DNA of 64,000 bases from a virus (IMGVR_UViG_3300031918_000730:15875-79874); one strand, 5' to 3'. Counted from the first letter of the stretch, positions 28,546 through 39,110 are shown. Program-made: numbers and translations. The notes: generated by a model from the sequence alone, not told the origin.

Positions 28546-31380
28546 ATGTCGATGTTTAAGAATCTTTGGCTAGATCGCACAAAGAACCAGATGCACCTAT
28601 GGTCAACGGACGGTGCCCACAACATTTACGATTTCAAGTGCAAATCCTACGAACTAGCACCTGATCTCACAAATGCAACTATGAGAACTGTCGAGGGGAT
28701 GCCCGTTCGCGCAGTTTATGATACTTGCATGGATGAGCGTAATAAAATCAACGCAGAAATCCGAAACTCTGAATCTGATATTCAACCAGAGATCAGGTTT
28801 ATTGCAGAATACTATAAAAACGTAGATAACCTTAAGTTCGACTTCAAGGACTTCAACGTATGCTACTTCGATATTGAAGTAGAGGTTGACAAGGGCTTCC
28901 CTCATCCTGCAGAAGCCGCACGAAGAGTAAATCTCATTACCGCATATGGTAGCAAAGCCAATGAATTTGTTACTTTCGGCCTTGAGAAAGAGTTCATCGA
29001 GCATGTGTACCTCACCGACGAAGAAATCAAGAACGGTGCGTTCCCAGACGGACACGAAGATTACCGTGAAATGTCGGCTGAAGGGTATTTTGTCAACAAG
29101 ACAAGATACTACGTCAAGCGAGACAAGACACTAAAGTTCGATAGCGGTGCCGCAACTGAACTAGGTTACACTAATAATCACGTTTACGTCAAATGTGACG
29201 ATGAGATTGAACTCCTCGAACGATTCTTCACATACTTCGACAATCAGAAGTTCGACGTAATTACAGGATGGAACTGTCAGACCTTCGATATTCCATACTT
29301 GGTAAAGAGGTGCGAGAACTTAGGTTTACAGGATCATCGCAAGTTCTCACCTGTCAGGAGAGTCTACCTAGTCGAGAAGAGAAACGACTACAATAAGCTA
29401 GACCTGATCCCAGTGATTGGTGGGATGTCAGTAATTGACATGCTCCATGCATACAAGAAGTCAAATCTGAAGCAACAAGAGAATTACAAGTTAGGTACTA
29501 TTGCTAGTATCGAACTGAAGACTACAAAATTGGACCTTGGTGTCGACGGACTCAAGCTCTATAAAAAAGGCCAGAACGGCTGGACTAAGTTCACAGAGTA
29601 TAACGTCATCGACGTAGAACTTCTTGTCCAATTAGAGTTCAAGAAGCACTACCTAGAGTCGGTAATTAGCGTTTGCGCTGACGCAAGAATACCTCTCGAA
29701 TACTTCTTCATCTCGAAACGAGTAATTCTCGGATTCATGATGAACTATATGCACAACAAGGGACTAGTAATTCCGCATCCGGGAGAACAGCAACACGTCC
29801 CATATGAAGGTGCATATATTGCGGCAAATCCGGGAGCATATCGATGGGTCGTATCGTATGACTTTAAGGCCATGTATCCGTCCATCATCGCATCTGCGAA
29901 TATCTCAACCGAGACTAAATTCAAGGGTCCAGTTCCTCCTGATGGAAGTTACTCGAAGTCTGTCATTAAGGACGTATGGTACAATAACGAGACTCTAGGA
30001 ATCATCCCAGAGATTGTGTCGATGGTTGTTGATGACCGAGACAAGTACAAGAAGCTCCAGAAGGTCCATTCAAATCCTTCTGATAAGGCTAATTACGACC
30101 CAGAACTCGCAGGTTTCTACAAGCGTAAGCAGGAAGCATATAAGATCTACGCAAACTCGATTTACGGTTTGCTCGGAAATAGACACTTCCAGTTCTACGA
30201 CGTTGACAATGCCGCATCGGTTACTGGTATTGGAAGGTATTTGATCCAGTACTGTATCGACTACATCATCAAGTGGTTCGACATGGGGCTTCCCATTAGC
30301 GAGAAGTTCAAGCACGAGTTCGGAGATTATGCCAATGTAACAATTAAGGGCGTACTCGACGAGTCCTACATTTGCGAACAGGAAGATAGAGATACTCTCG
30401 GCAAGTATAAGAGACTGGTTCTCGCACATACCGACTCATTCTTCTTAGATTTCTCAGACATCTATTCTCCATTCATTGGGAAGAAGAGGACTGCAGAGGA
30501 ATTCAAGGCGCTCATGGACAGGTACTCAAACCCTGAATCCCCTGACTGTGACTCTTCAGTTTTTTCGATTCTCAAGAGTCGGTGGGAAGACAATACTTGG
30601 GAAGAGATGTCACTCACTGAGTTCTCGTTGCGCTTCGAACACTGCGTCTTCGGAGATGTCCGCACCAAAATCTTGGCAAGATGGGCCAAGGAGAACAACT
30701 ACAGGGAGAACAGGCTCTGGCTCAAGCTAGAAAAATGCTGTAATCACCTGATAGAGTTGACAAGAGCGCACTACATATGTTATCTTCAGTACGACGAAGG
30801 TGACGACCTCTTGAACCTGCCGTTCGAGAGTCGCTTCAAGCCCGTCGGCGTTGAGTTGGTTAAGTCTGACACACCGTCTTGGAGTAAGGTACACATCAAG
30901 AAACTACTAGAAATGGTATTCAATGATGCGTCGAAGGATGAGATCATCAAGAAAATTGGAGAGTATCGCAAAGATTTCAGAGATCCTGCCAACATTGCCT
31001 CGATTTCAAAGCCAGTCTCGATTAATACTCTAGATGCGGCTAAGAACAACGTAATGCCAGCACCTCGAAAAGGAGCGAACGCATTCAATATGGTGATCGA
31101 TAGTTCTGAAGACTATTCTGGGTACGAAACTATATCAGAAGGAACCAAGGCGAAGTGGATCTATGTCAAGACTCCTAATCGATTCGAGACAGAAGTAATT
31201 ACCTACAACGTAGATACTTGGCCTCCATTCCTAGATAAGTATTTCCAGATAGATCACGAAGTTCAGTTTGAGAAGGTTTTCAAGAAACCACTAGCAAAAA
31301 TCTTCGATACGATGGGATGGGGAAACATCTTCGAAGGCAACATGGATCTCCTCGCAAAATACATGAGAAAGGCACCGTAA
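28546..31380 (+). CDS. gp43: family B DNA polymerase (T4 gp43-like)
   Basis: FDIEV, GWNCQTFDIPY, YNVID, YDFKAMYPS, KIYANSIYG, HTDS. Confidence 0.96.
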   Translation: MSMFKNLWLDRTKNQMHLWSTDGAHNIYDFKCKSYELAPDLTNATMRTVEGMPVRAVYDTCMDERNKINAEIRNSESDIQPEIRFIAEYYKNVDNLKFDFKDFNVCYFDIEVEVDKGFPHPAEAARRVNLITAYGSKANEFVTFGLEKEFIEHVYLTDEEIKNGAFPDGHEDYREMSAEGYFVNKTRYYVKRDKTLKFDSGAATELGYTNNHVYVKCDDEIELLERFFTYFDNQKFDVITGWNCQTFDIPYLVKRCENLGLQDHRKFSPVRRVYLVEKRNDYNKLDLIPVIGGMSVIDMLHAYKKSNLKQQENYKLGTIASIELKTTKLDLGVDGLKLYKKGQNGWTKFTEYNVIDVELLVQLEFKKHYLESVISVCADARIPLEYFFISKRVILGFMMNYMHNKGLVIPHPGEQQHVPYEGAYIAANPGAYRWVVSYDFKAMYPSIIASANISTETKFKGPVPPDGSYSKSVIKDVWYNNETLGIIPEIVSMVVDDRDKYKKLQKVHSNPSDKANYDPELAGFYKRKQEAYKIYANSIYGLLGNRHFQFYDVDNAASVTGIGRYLIQYCIDYIIKWFDMGLPISEKFKHEFGDYANVTIKGVLDESYICEQEDRDTLGKYKRLVLAHTDSFFLDFSDIYSPFIGKKRTAEEFKALMDRYSNPESPDCDSSVFSILKSRWEDNTWEEMSLTEFSLRFEHCVFGDVRTKILARWAKENNYRENRLWLKLEKCCNHLIELTRAHYICYLQYDEGDDLLNLPFESRFKPVGVELVKSDTPSWSKVHIKKLLEMVFNDASKDEIIKKIGEYRKDFRDPANIASISKPVSINTLDAAKNNVMPAPRKGANAFNMVIDSSEDYSGYETISEGTKAKWIYVKTPNRFETEVITYNVDTWPPFLDKYFQIDHEVQFEKVFKKPLAKIFDTMGWGNIFEGNMDLLAKYMRKAP

Positions 31381-31382
31381 TA

Positions 31383-31904
31383 ATGACAAATAATCTTAAG
31401 GTCTTGGATCTGATCGTACATCCTGAGCACGAAGGAGTTCTGACAGTCATCGGAACTGGAATTGGAGCCGTTGATGTAGCCGATGCTACTGGCGATGTGT
31501 TCATGGTCGACGTTGAAGGTTCGTTGAAGGTTGGAAGTGTGAAGCCAAAAAGCAAATATGAACTACTGAAAATGTATGTGGTGGTGGATAATTCTGCACC
31601 TAAGGGCCTCGCGTCCAATGGAGCAAGCCATGCCTCCTATTTTGCGGGAGAGTCCTTCCGGGAACTCCCTCTTCAGAAGGTTTGGCGTGAGAAGTCTACT
31701 CGGAACGTGACTTGCGCAGGTTCCAGCGTAGATATTCAGACTGCGATCCAGCTTGCAGTAGAGCACGGCATCGAACATGTCGTATTCGAGGAGCCGGACT
31801 GGAAGAATGCAAATGGTAGGCCGTTGGCTGTGGCGTTTGCCGCAAGATATAGCTTCCCTGAACTATTCTCTACCTTCCCATTGTTCCTTTCAGACCTTCG
31901 ATGA
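31383..31904 (+). CDS. hypothetical protein; start revised to 31383
   Basis: ATG just after the polymerase stop codon. Confidence 0.6.
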   Translation: MTNNLKVLDLIVHPEHEGVLTVIGTGIGAVDVADATGDVFMVDVEGSLKVGSVKPKSKYELLKMYVVVDNSAPKGLASNGASHASYFAGESFRELPLQKVWREKSTRNVTCAGSSVDIQTAIQLAVEHGIEHVVFEEPDWKNANGRPLAVAFAARYSFPELFSTFPLFLSDLR

Positions 31905-31926
31905 TCTGAAATACATTCTTAGCACT

Positions 31927-31950
31927 AAGCCTCCGAAAGGGGGCTTTTTT
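31927..31950 (+). terminator. intrinsic terminator
   Basis: AAGCCTCC-GAAA-GGGGGCTT plus T run. Confidence 0.85.
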
Positions 31951-31953
31951 ATT

Positions 31954-31962
31954 TGCTATAAT
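31954..31962 (+). promoter_or_regulatory. extended -10 promoter TGCTATAAT (leadered)
   Basis: Perfect TGnTATAAT; AAGGAG SD before uvsX. Confidence 0.75.
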
Positions 31963-31981
31963 ACTCTAAGAAGGAGTTAAC

Positions 31982-33226
31982 ATGGCAAAATCTAGTAAAA
32001 AAGAATCGGGCGAGACTGAGGCACCGAGGAAGAAATTTTCGATTAGGGCGATGATCAATGCCGCGAAGAACGAATACATCTACCCTCGTGGCGATATTAG
32101 GGCAAAGACTGACTTCATTGACACAGGATCGTACCCTCTCAATGCGATTCTGTCAGGTTCTGTGAAGCGAGGACTCCCCGACAATAGAACTGTCATGTTT
32201 GCAGGTGAACCTGCGACCGGAAAGACGTTTTTCACTCTTCGAATCTGTAAGAGTGCATCTCTAGCTGGTTACTTCATTGTCTACATTGACACTGAAGGTG
32301 AAAAGGACGAGGAAATCTTCGCCAACTTCGGATTCAAGGGTCGTGGTATCGACTATGAGTTCCTGAAGATTAAGACTATTGAAGACTTGCGTACTCAGAT
32401 GTACGGAATGATCGACAATTACAAGGAGTATTTCAAGGGCCTCGACCCGAATAGTCAGGCTTATATTGATCGCGAGAAAATCCTTTTCGTAATCGACTCA
32501 ATCAGCTTCCTTTCGTCAGAAACCGACGAAAAGAATCTAGCAAAGGGTGAATCCAAGCAGAATCTCACACTGAACAAGTCCCTCAAGTCGTTCTTCCGCG
32601 ACGTGACCATGGACCTGAACATCTGCAAGGTGCCTCTGATCATCATCAACCACGTCTACGAACTCATGGATGCCAAGGTAGCCAACACGGCCACCATTGA
32701 CAATGGCAAGAAGATCTCGGGTGGTAGCGGCGGTGCCTACGGTGCATCTGCTATCATAATGTTGAAGACCAAGGAGTCCAAGACTGATGAGCAAGTGTAC
32801 TCCGAGAAGGATGGAAAGAATGTAAGCAAGGCGATTGTGCGAGGAAACTTCTTTACTTGTAAGGCAGTTAAATCTCGATACATCAGAAAAGGTTCTGAGG
32901 TTGATATTTACGTTGACTTCTTGACTGGTATCGCAAAGAACTTTGGATTACAGAAATTCTGCGAAGGTACACTTGTCGAGCCAGTAAGTCGCGGAAACAA
33001 GGGCAAATTCTACAAGCTGATTTGTAAGCCGAAGGACGCAAACGGAGAATATCCTGAAGTCAAGAGTTATGTCAATGAGATTCCTAATTTCATTGACGAG
33101 ATTGACGAAGTCGTCAAGAAGACTTTCCAGTTTGGCAACGAAGTTGACGAGAACGGTGAAATAATCGGAGTGGACTTCGATAGCGAAGAAGCAGAACTTA
33201 CTGAGGCTGACTTCGCTATCGACTAA
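31982..33226 (+). CDS. uvsX: RecA-like recombinase UvsX
   Basis: DTGSYPLNAILSGS, AGEPATGKT, YIDTE, VIDS, NHVY, SGG. Confidence 0.93.
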   Translation: MAKSSKKESGETEAPRKKFSIRAMINAAKNEYIYPRGDIRAKTDFIDTGSYPLNAILSGSVKRGLPDNRTVMFAGEPATGKTFFTLRICKSASLAGYFIVYIDTEGEKDEEIFANFGFKGRGIDYEFLKIKTIEDLRTQMYGMIDNYKEYFKGLDPNSQAYIDREKILFVIDSISFLSSETDEKNLAKGESKQNLTLNKSLKSFFRDVTMDLNICKVPLIIINHVYELMDAKVANTATIDNGKKISGGSGGAYGASAIIMLKTKESKTDEQVYSEKDGKNVSKAIVRGNFFTCKAVKSRYIRKGSEVDIYVDFLTGIAKNFGLQKFCEGTLVEPVSRGNKGKFYKLICKPKDANGEYPEVKSYVNEIPNFIDEIDEVVKKTFQFGNEVDENGEIIGVDFDSEEAELTEADFAID

Positions 33227-33245
33227 CACTCCCAAAAGGAGATAG

Positions 33246-34631
33246 ATGTTAGACGTAGCGAATCCAGTAGTAGATTCAGATGATCCATTCAAGACCCTAA
33301 CTCCGCTAAACTTTGAGGATATTGTCATCAAGACACTATTCCAAAGGCCGGAGTTAGGTTCTAAGATTTTCCCCAAGCTCTCCAGATCTACAATGGTGAG
33401 TGAAGAGAATGGGAAGATCATAGAAACAGTCAAGAAGTTCTTTACTGAGCAGGGTAGATACCCCGGAGTGAAGGAGTTCTATGATCTGTACTTGACTGAT
33501 GAGAATGTGAAGACTAAGTTCAGGGACTTGGGTTCGATTTCCATCAGAAACTATGACGATGAATTCCTGAAGGATAAACTTCAGGAGTTCGTTCGTATGA
33601 GATTGACATTTAGTAGATTGATGGAGGCCAGTGCCAAGATCAAGACTACTGGCGACGTGACTGCGATTGACGCTAAGGTATTGGAAGGATTTTCTGATGC
33701 TGTGTCGTTCACGATTGAATCTAAGACAGGTATTTCTGCAAAGAAGGACATGTCTTCATTCGTCGAGTATCTGAACGCTCCGAATTCCTTCATCCCTACA
33801 TTCTCTCCAACACTCAATCACTATATGGGTGGAGGATATGCATCTAAGGCGTTGACAGTATGGTACGGTGAGTCGAATATGGGTAAGACCACTTACCTAT
33901 GTAATGACTCTGCATATATCTTCTCGCAAGGTTATGACGTATTGTATATCAGCCTTGAGATGGATAAGCAGGAAATCATGAAGAAGATTGTAGCTAATCT
34001 TCTTGAGATTCCAGTCCACTCGCTGAAGAACTACGACGTTAAGTTCTTCGAAGACAAGATCAGAGAGATCAGTAAATCAGATCTTCGTATTCTTGAATGG
34101 CCTTCATTCGAAGTCAATTCAATCGACATCCTGAATTCCATCAGGGATCTTCAGGTTAAAGAGGGTTTCAAGCCCCATATCATCGTACTCGACTACATTA
34201 ATTGCATGACCACTAATCGCGCAAGTGGCGCAGGTGGTAAGAAGCACGAAGACCTTGGATACATTACCAAGGAAATCGAGAATCTCGCAAAGCAACTAGA
34301 TGTTCCTGTTGTCACTTGTTCTCAGTTCAACAGAAACGGCTACGGAAATACCAAAGCTGGTGCCAAAGATGTAGGTGAGTCAATTGACATTTACAAGTAT
34401 TCTGCCAACGGCATCGCCATCCTCCGCGACCCCGTGATGATCGCCAACGGCCTCTACGAGCTAAACATCATCAAAAATCGTTACGGACCCAAGGACGTTG
34501 CGTTCCTAGCCCGAGGTTATGCTGATATAATGAAGTTCAGAGACGCGAATGACGACGAAATCCAACGCTTCAAGATTACTACGGGAGATAACAGTGGAAC
34601 AGTTGATGAAGCGAGGAATTTCCCAAGATGA
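33246..34631 (+). CDS. gp41: replicative DnaB-type helicase (T4 gp41-like)
   Basis: GESNMGKT, YISLEM, VLDYI, SQFNRNGY, KNRYG. Confidence 0.93.
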   Translation: MLDVANPVVDSDDPFKTLTPLNFEDIVIKTLFQRPELGSKIFPKLSRSTMVSEENGKIIETVKKFFTEQGRYPGVKEFYDLYLTDENVKTKFRDLGSISIRNYDDEFLKDKLQEFVRMRLTFSRLMEASAKIKTTGDVTAIDAKVLEGFSDAVSFTIESKTGISAKKDMSSFVEYLNAPNSFIPTFSPTLNHYMGGGYASKALTVWYGESNMGKTTYLCNDSAYIFSQGYDVLYISLEMDKQEIMKKIVANLLEIPVHSLKNYDVKFFEDKIREISKSDLRILEWPSFEVNSIDILNSIRDLQVKEGFKPHIIVLDYINCMTTNRASGAGGKKHEDLGYITKEIENLAKQLDVPVVTCSQFNRNGYGNTKAGAKDVGESIDIYKYSANGIAILRDPVMIANGLYELNIIKNRYGPKDVAFLARGYADIMKFRDANDDEIQRFKITTGDNSGTVDEARNFPR

Positions 34632-34924
34632 TTGTAAGTAACTGGATTGATGTAATTAATGAGCGTTTCTTAGCCTATGGTATGAGCCTTTCTTCCGATG
34701 AGTCAATTCTGACTTCGAAGAAGATAGCTTTCAATCAAGTCCTAAGAGATCTCAAGCAGAAATATCCACATAAGAAGCTATGGCATATAATTCTCTCTAT
34801 GAGAGATCACTATGAAATAGAGTTCTTGATAGATTTGCTCGACGATGAGAATAGACTTGAGATACGAAGTGAAGTGGCAGAGGACAACGGGCTAATTCTA
34901 GCTAAGAAAAGGAAAAGGCACTAA
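34628..34924 (+). CDS. possible late-transcription coactivator (gp33-like)
   Basis: Small protein upstream of gp32; C-terminal LIDLLDDENRLEIRSEVAEDNGL resembles the gp33 pattern. Confidence 0.4.
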   Translation: MIVSNWIDVINERFLAYGMSLSSDESILTSKKIAFNQVLRDLKQKYPHKKLWHIILSMRDHYEIEFLIDLLDDENRLEIRSEVAEDNGLILAKKRKRH

Positions 34925-34925
34925 C

Positions 34926-36032
34926 ATGGATTCGTTTACCGACTTTGATGCACAATTTGAACAGACACTAGCACTCGTAAATGGTGGTGGTTCGGGCGAG
35001 GATCAGCGTGATCCTAATCAGTTCCGTCCGTCTGTCAACGATAAGAGGGGCGAGTATCTCGCAACTGTAAGATTCATTCCTCCTGCAAGCGGCCCGATGT
35101 TCGTAAAGAAGGTCGTCCACTTCATGAAGATTGGAAATCGCACAGTTCGAGTCATTTGTCCCAAGACTCTTGACGAGAAGACCAAATGCGATATTTGCTC
35201 AGACAATATCCAAGCACACCGTTCCAAGGTTCCCGCACTTGTCGCAAGGGCGAAGGATCACGGAAACAAGACTCGTTTCGTTGCGAACGTCCTCGTTATT
35301 GAGGATAGCGTATACCCCGAGAATGTAGGTCGCGTGATGTGGTGGGAATTCCCCAACCAAGTCATGGAGTACATTGAGAAGTTGAAGAATCCGCCTAATT
35401 CGCGTATTCCGTCCATCAACGCATTCCACCCTACCAAGGGCGCGGATTTCTTCCTTTGCATGAAGAAGGTCGATGGATTCACCAAGTACGATGGATCTCA
35501 GTTCCTCGTCAGTGGCGGTGCAACTGCTATTGGTGATGACAACTACATCGCACAGGTTCGTTCTCTTTGCCATGACATCCAAGGTCAAATCGTTCTCCCT
35601 TCGCAAGAAGAGATCTCCGATATTTTGGCTAAGGTTGGAAGTGAACCAGTCGCAGGAGTTCAGAAGACCTACAGCAATTTGGGTAGTTCCTTTGCTGGCA
35701 CCCCGGCACCTAACGTCGGTGGGTTCGCACCCGCTTACGCACAGGCCGCACCAGTAGACGAATTCGATCAGGCGTTTAGTCAGGCAGGACAGGTTGCTCC
35801 TAGCGTGGGTGGCTTCGGAGCAGGCGCACAGTCTCGCCCAGCCCTTCAGGCACAGGCACCTGCCCAGAATGCACCGAAGCCACAGATGGCCGTCCCAGCA
35901 CGCCCTGCGTTGCAGACTGCCGAGAGCATGTTGCCTCCAGCACAGACTCGCGTGACTCCGCTCCCAGTAACTCCAGCAACTCCACAGCCTCATGCAAATG
36001 TACCTGTTGATAGCGAAGAGTGGTTCAAGTAA
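34926..36032 (+). CDS. gp32: single-stranded DNA-binding protein (T4 gp32-like)
   Basis: ATVRFIPP, CPKT...CDIC zinc site, ANVLVIED..PENVGRV, GADF, KYDGS. Confidence 0.92.
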   Translation: MDSFTDFDAQFEQTLALVNGGGSGEDQRDPNQFRPSVNDKRGEYLATVRFIPPASGPMFVKKVVHFMKIGNRTVRVICPKTLDEKTKCDICSDNIQAHRSKVPALVARAKDHGNKTRFVANVLVIEDSVYPENVGRVMWWEFPNQVMEYIEKLKNPPNSRIPSINAFHPTKGADFFLCMKKVDGFTKYDGSQFLVSGGATAIGDDNYIAQVRSLCHDIQGQIVLPSQEEISDILAKVGSEPVAGVQKTYSNLGSSFAGTPAPNVGGFAPAYAQAAPVDEFDQAFSQAGQVAPSVGGFGAGAQSRPALQAQAPAQNAPKPQMAVPARPALQTAESMLPPAQTRVTPLPVTPATPQPHANVPVDSEEWFK

Positions 36033-36060
36033 AAAACGCTGAACGAGTGATGTAAATATG

Positions 36061-36084
36061 GGGGAAGGGTAACCTTCCCCTTTT
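36061..36084 (+). terminator. intrinsic terminator
   Basis: GGGGAAGG-GTAA-CCTTCCCC-TTTT. Confidence 0.85.
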
Positions 36085-36100
36085 CTATTTTGGAGATTTC

Positions 36101-36652
36101 ATGAAAACTGGTAAGCGAGGAACTATATTCACCAACCTGCATCTGAACAGGCACGAATTATATAGGATGTACATTATGACTATAAGTACGTTCGGAAGAT
36201 CATCACATATTAAGCAACTTGAACAGGTAGCTCTTGAGTTAACTCAAGCAACTTACGATTTTAATGACATAGCCAGTATCAATACTGCAATATCTGCACT
36301 GATTAAGTTTAGAAATAAACAATCTAGAAACTTAAGTAGATTGACGCTTGACATTAACGACTTCAAGCGAGAGCACAATTCGGTAGTGGCCGCATTATGT
36401 GGACTTAGGCAATTGGAATTGAAGGCAAATGACATGCCACCAGACATGATAAATGAAGTAATGGAATATGAGAATGACAATAGCAACCCAGACATAAGGG
36501 CTATTAGGTCGTTACTGATTGCCGAAGTGGAATTAATGAAGACGATCTATGAATTGTATCATACTAGATTCAAATGCGAATCACTATGCAAGGTAACTAA
36601 GTCCATCGTAAGTCGACTCAATCGCCACAGGGAGTCGCTCAGGGCCAAGTAG
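36101..36652 (+). CDS. hypothetical protein (weak gp59 helicase-loader candidate)
   Basis: LYRMYIM resembles the gp59 N-terminal helix; lies between gp32 and primase. Confidence 0.4.
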   Translation: MKTGKRGTIFTNLHLNRHELYRMYIMTISTFGRSSHIKQLEQVALELTQATYDFNDIASINTAISALIKFRNKQSRNLSRLTLDINDFKREHNSVVAALCGLRQLELKANDMPPDMINEVMEYENDNSNPDIRAIRSLLIAEVELMKTIYELYHTRFKCESLCKVTKSIVSRLNRHRESLRAK

Positions 36653-36669
36653 TTGCTACAATCCTCTAC

Positions 36670-37803
36670 ATGGAGGAAAGCAACGTCTTCGTGTCCCATT
36701 GGAACCATGCGGTAACCACCCCGCCATCTAAGTTCCATGAGTACTTGACTAAATTCGGGGTAGAGGGTATTGAACCCAAGGGTAGGAAATTCCTATTCAG
36801 ATGCCCTATATGCGGTGACTCTGCAACTATTAAGTCGAAGAAGCGTGGATACTTAATCACGAATATCGACGGTAATGGCGCAATGGGATGTCATAACTGC
36901 GGATACAAATCATCATTCTCTAATTTCCTGAAGAACGAGAGCATTGGACTATACCGACAGTGGATACAGGATGTATTTGTAGGTATTTCACTAGACGACA
37001 GGGTACAGGAAGACAATCTCAACTATGTAGAAGTTGCACTGAACGAGGAAGTGGTAGATTACTCACTATTTCTCCCATTGGCCAAGGTCAGCAACTCGCA
37101 GACATATAAAAAGGCAATGGAATTCGTATGCAGTAGGAAAATACCAAGGAAGCACGCGAGGCACTTCCTATATTGTGAGTCTGGAAAATACGCCAATCGA
37201 GTAATTATCCCCCACTACAATAAAGACATGACATATAAGCACTTCGAAGCAAGAGATTTGCGCCCGAAGCCATTCGTCAAGTACCTATATCCAGAGAACT
37301 GGACTCCAAATAATTACAATCTTCCACATCTCGACTTAGGCGTTCCATATTTCGCATTCGAGGGCGTGATAGACAGTCAATTCCTGAATAATTCAGGTGC
37401 ATGTGGTGGCGCTCAGAAGTACGGATACTTCTTCGAGGCAATTCATAGGTCACTTCATCGCAATGGAATTGTATTCGCTGACGGAGACGAAGATGGAGTG
37501 CGAGTTTCCTTCAAGTATTTGAAGAAGGGCTTTAAGGTCTTCAAGTGGACCCGAGAGATGTTAGCTCTTGGAGTACATGACCTGAATGGACTTATCCAAA
37601 AAGGCTTTTTCAAGCCAGATGAGATGAATGCTGACGGAACGGTTAAGACTGAAGTGATAATGAAGCATGTGATCGAGCCTACAATTGGCGAAATACTATG
37701 CTTTCAGATGGATGCGCTTGATTTGGGTGTAAATGTTCTAGAAAGGAAACAGGATGTTAAGTTTGTTAAGCAAGAACGTCAAGATAATTGGTTTACATGG
37801 TAG
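36670..37803 (+). CDS. gp61: DNA primase (T4 gp61-like)
   Basis: FRCPICGDS..KSKKRG, CHNCG, RVIIP, FEGVIDS, DGDEDG; TGCTACAAT at 36654-36662. Confidence 0.92.
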   Translation: MEESNVFVSHWNHAVTTPPSKFHEYLTKFGVEGIEPKGRKFLFRCPICGDSATIKSKKRGYLITNIDGNGAMGCHNCGYKSSFSNFLKNESIGLYRQWIQDVFVGISLDDRVQEDNLNYVEVALNEEVVDYSLFLPLAKVSNSQTYKKAMEFVCSRKIPRKHARHFLYCESGKYANRVIIPHYNKDMTYKHFEARDLRPKPFVKYLYPENWTPNNYNLPHLDLGVPYFAFEGVIDSQFLNNSGACGGAQKYGYFFEAIHRSLHRNGIVFADGDEDGVRVSFKYLKKGFKVFKWTREMLALGVHDLNGLIQKGFFKPDEMNADGTVKTEVIMKHVIEPTIGEILCFQMDALDLGVNVLERKQDVKFVKQERQDNWFTW

Positions 37804-38311
37804 GGCTGGATCTGGAAAAGATTTCATAGCTTCAAACTGTCTACCTGACTATTTTAAGGTGGCTCTAGCTAACCATTTCAAAATAGATATTGTGAGGAAA
37901 CACATATTTACATACGAGGAAGTATTCGAAACCAAACCATCACACGTTAGACATAGACTACAACAGATAGGTACTGAAGAAGGCCGTGATGTATATGGTG
38001 AGAATGTATGGTGCGACGCACTTGAAGCATGGATGCATCAGATAAATCTATCGAATAATGTATCTAGATTTGTAGTTGCAGATTTAAGATTTAACAATGA
38101 AGCTGAATGGGTGAAGTCTTTAGGTGGGGTGGTGATAAAGGTTCAATCTGATAGGGGTCGATCCGGAATGGACGAGACTGCACTTAAACATTCATCCGAA
38201 AAAGGAATAGACGAATCCTTGATTGACAATTTTGTAATCAATGACGAAGGAACTGACATTGTCAGTCTAAAATGGCAACTCGAAAAAATCAAGGAGTTTA
38301 ACGGACTATGA
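37754..38311 (+). CDS. deoxynucleoside monophosphate kinase (T4 gp1-like)
   Basis: IGLHGRAGSGKD, RLQQIGTE, DLRFNNE, HSSE. Confidence 0.88.
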   Translation: MLSLLSKNVKIIGLHGRAGSGKDFIASNCLPDYFKVALANHFKIDIVRKHIFTYEEVFETKPSHVRHRLQQIGTEEGRDVYGENVWCDALEAWMHQINLSNNVSRFVVADLRFNNEAEWVKSLGGVVIKVQSDRGRSGMDETALKHSSEKGIDESLIDNFVINDEGTDIVSLKWQLEKIKEFNGL

Positions 38312-39036
38312 AAATACAAACAATTCTATTCGACCTAGATAATACACTGGTTCGGTGTATGTTGTATTATGAGTTCATTAGGAAGAATATGTATTCTGTA
38401 CTTGCCTCAGAATCTGGTCTTAGTGTTGATGAGGTTTCGGAACTATTCAACGAAGTTGAGTCTGTTAGGGTTAAAAAGACTGACGGATTTAGTAAGCAAG
38501 CGTTTTTGGATTCTGTCAACTCTGTCAGGGTTTCTATATATTCAATATTGAAAAAGTCAAATGAATTAAGTGCAGAAAAATTTTACTCGTCTGATATTTC
38601 ATTTAAGTTACTAAATCTAGCCGCAAGTGTATATGAAGCTCCCTATTCAATGTACGATGACGTATTGAATTCACTTGAATTTATTAAAAATCTTGGAATT
38701 TCGATGCATGTAGTGACAAAGGGGAGTTTCTACGGACAGTCTAGAAAGGCCGCAATGTTCGGGGAGATATTTGATGGCCTGTTCGTATTACCTCGTAAGG
38801 ATGTCGACACATGGAACGGCGTCATTGAGTCAATGCAATTAGATAGAACAACTACATTAGTGGTAGGTGATTCTGTTAAAGATGACATAAACCCAGCAAT
38901 ATTAAATAAACTAATGGCTATACGAATCGAGCGACACCCTACTACTTGGATAGGAGATCCATTGACGAACCCACTAGAAGATGTGAAAGTTATTAAAACA
39001 CTATATGATCTTGTAGACCTACTAAAAGCCGACTAA
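38308..39036 (+). CDS. HAD-family hydrolase
   Basis: FDLDNTL, VVTKG, VGDSVKDDINPA. Confidence 0.85.
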   Translation: MKIQTILFDLDNTLVRCMLYYEFIRKNMYSVLASESGLSVDEVSELFNEVESVRVKKTDGFSKQAFLDSVNSVRVSIYSILKKSNELSAEKFYSSDISFKLLNLAASVYEAPYSMYDDVLNSLEFIKNLGISMHVVTKGSFYGQSRKAAMFGEIFDGLFVLPRKDVDTWNGVIESMQLDRTTTLVVGDSVKDDINPAILNKLMAIRIERHPTTWIGDPLTNPLEDVKVIKTLYDLVDLLKAD

Positions 39037-39042
39037 TATCAA

Positions 39043-39071
39043 AGGCGACACTCCATGTCGCCTCTTTTTTT
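39043..39071 (+). terminator. intrinsic terminator
   Basis: AGGCGACA-CTCCA-TGTCGCCT plus T run. Confidence 0.8.
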
Positions 39072-39110
39072 CTACTAAGTTACGCATTTTCGTATCCCAT
39101 AAATACATGA

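Noticed and set aside
35199-35993. 264-aa antisense ORF over gp32, and the many other short antisense or off-frame ORFs
   Set aside because: These are shadows of well-supported genes with implausible composition.
36053-36058. TAAATA after gp32
   Set aside because: It lies immediately before a terminator with no suitably placed start codon, so it is probably chance.
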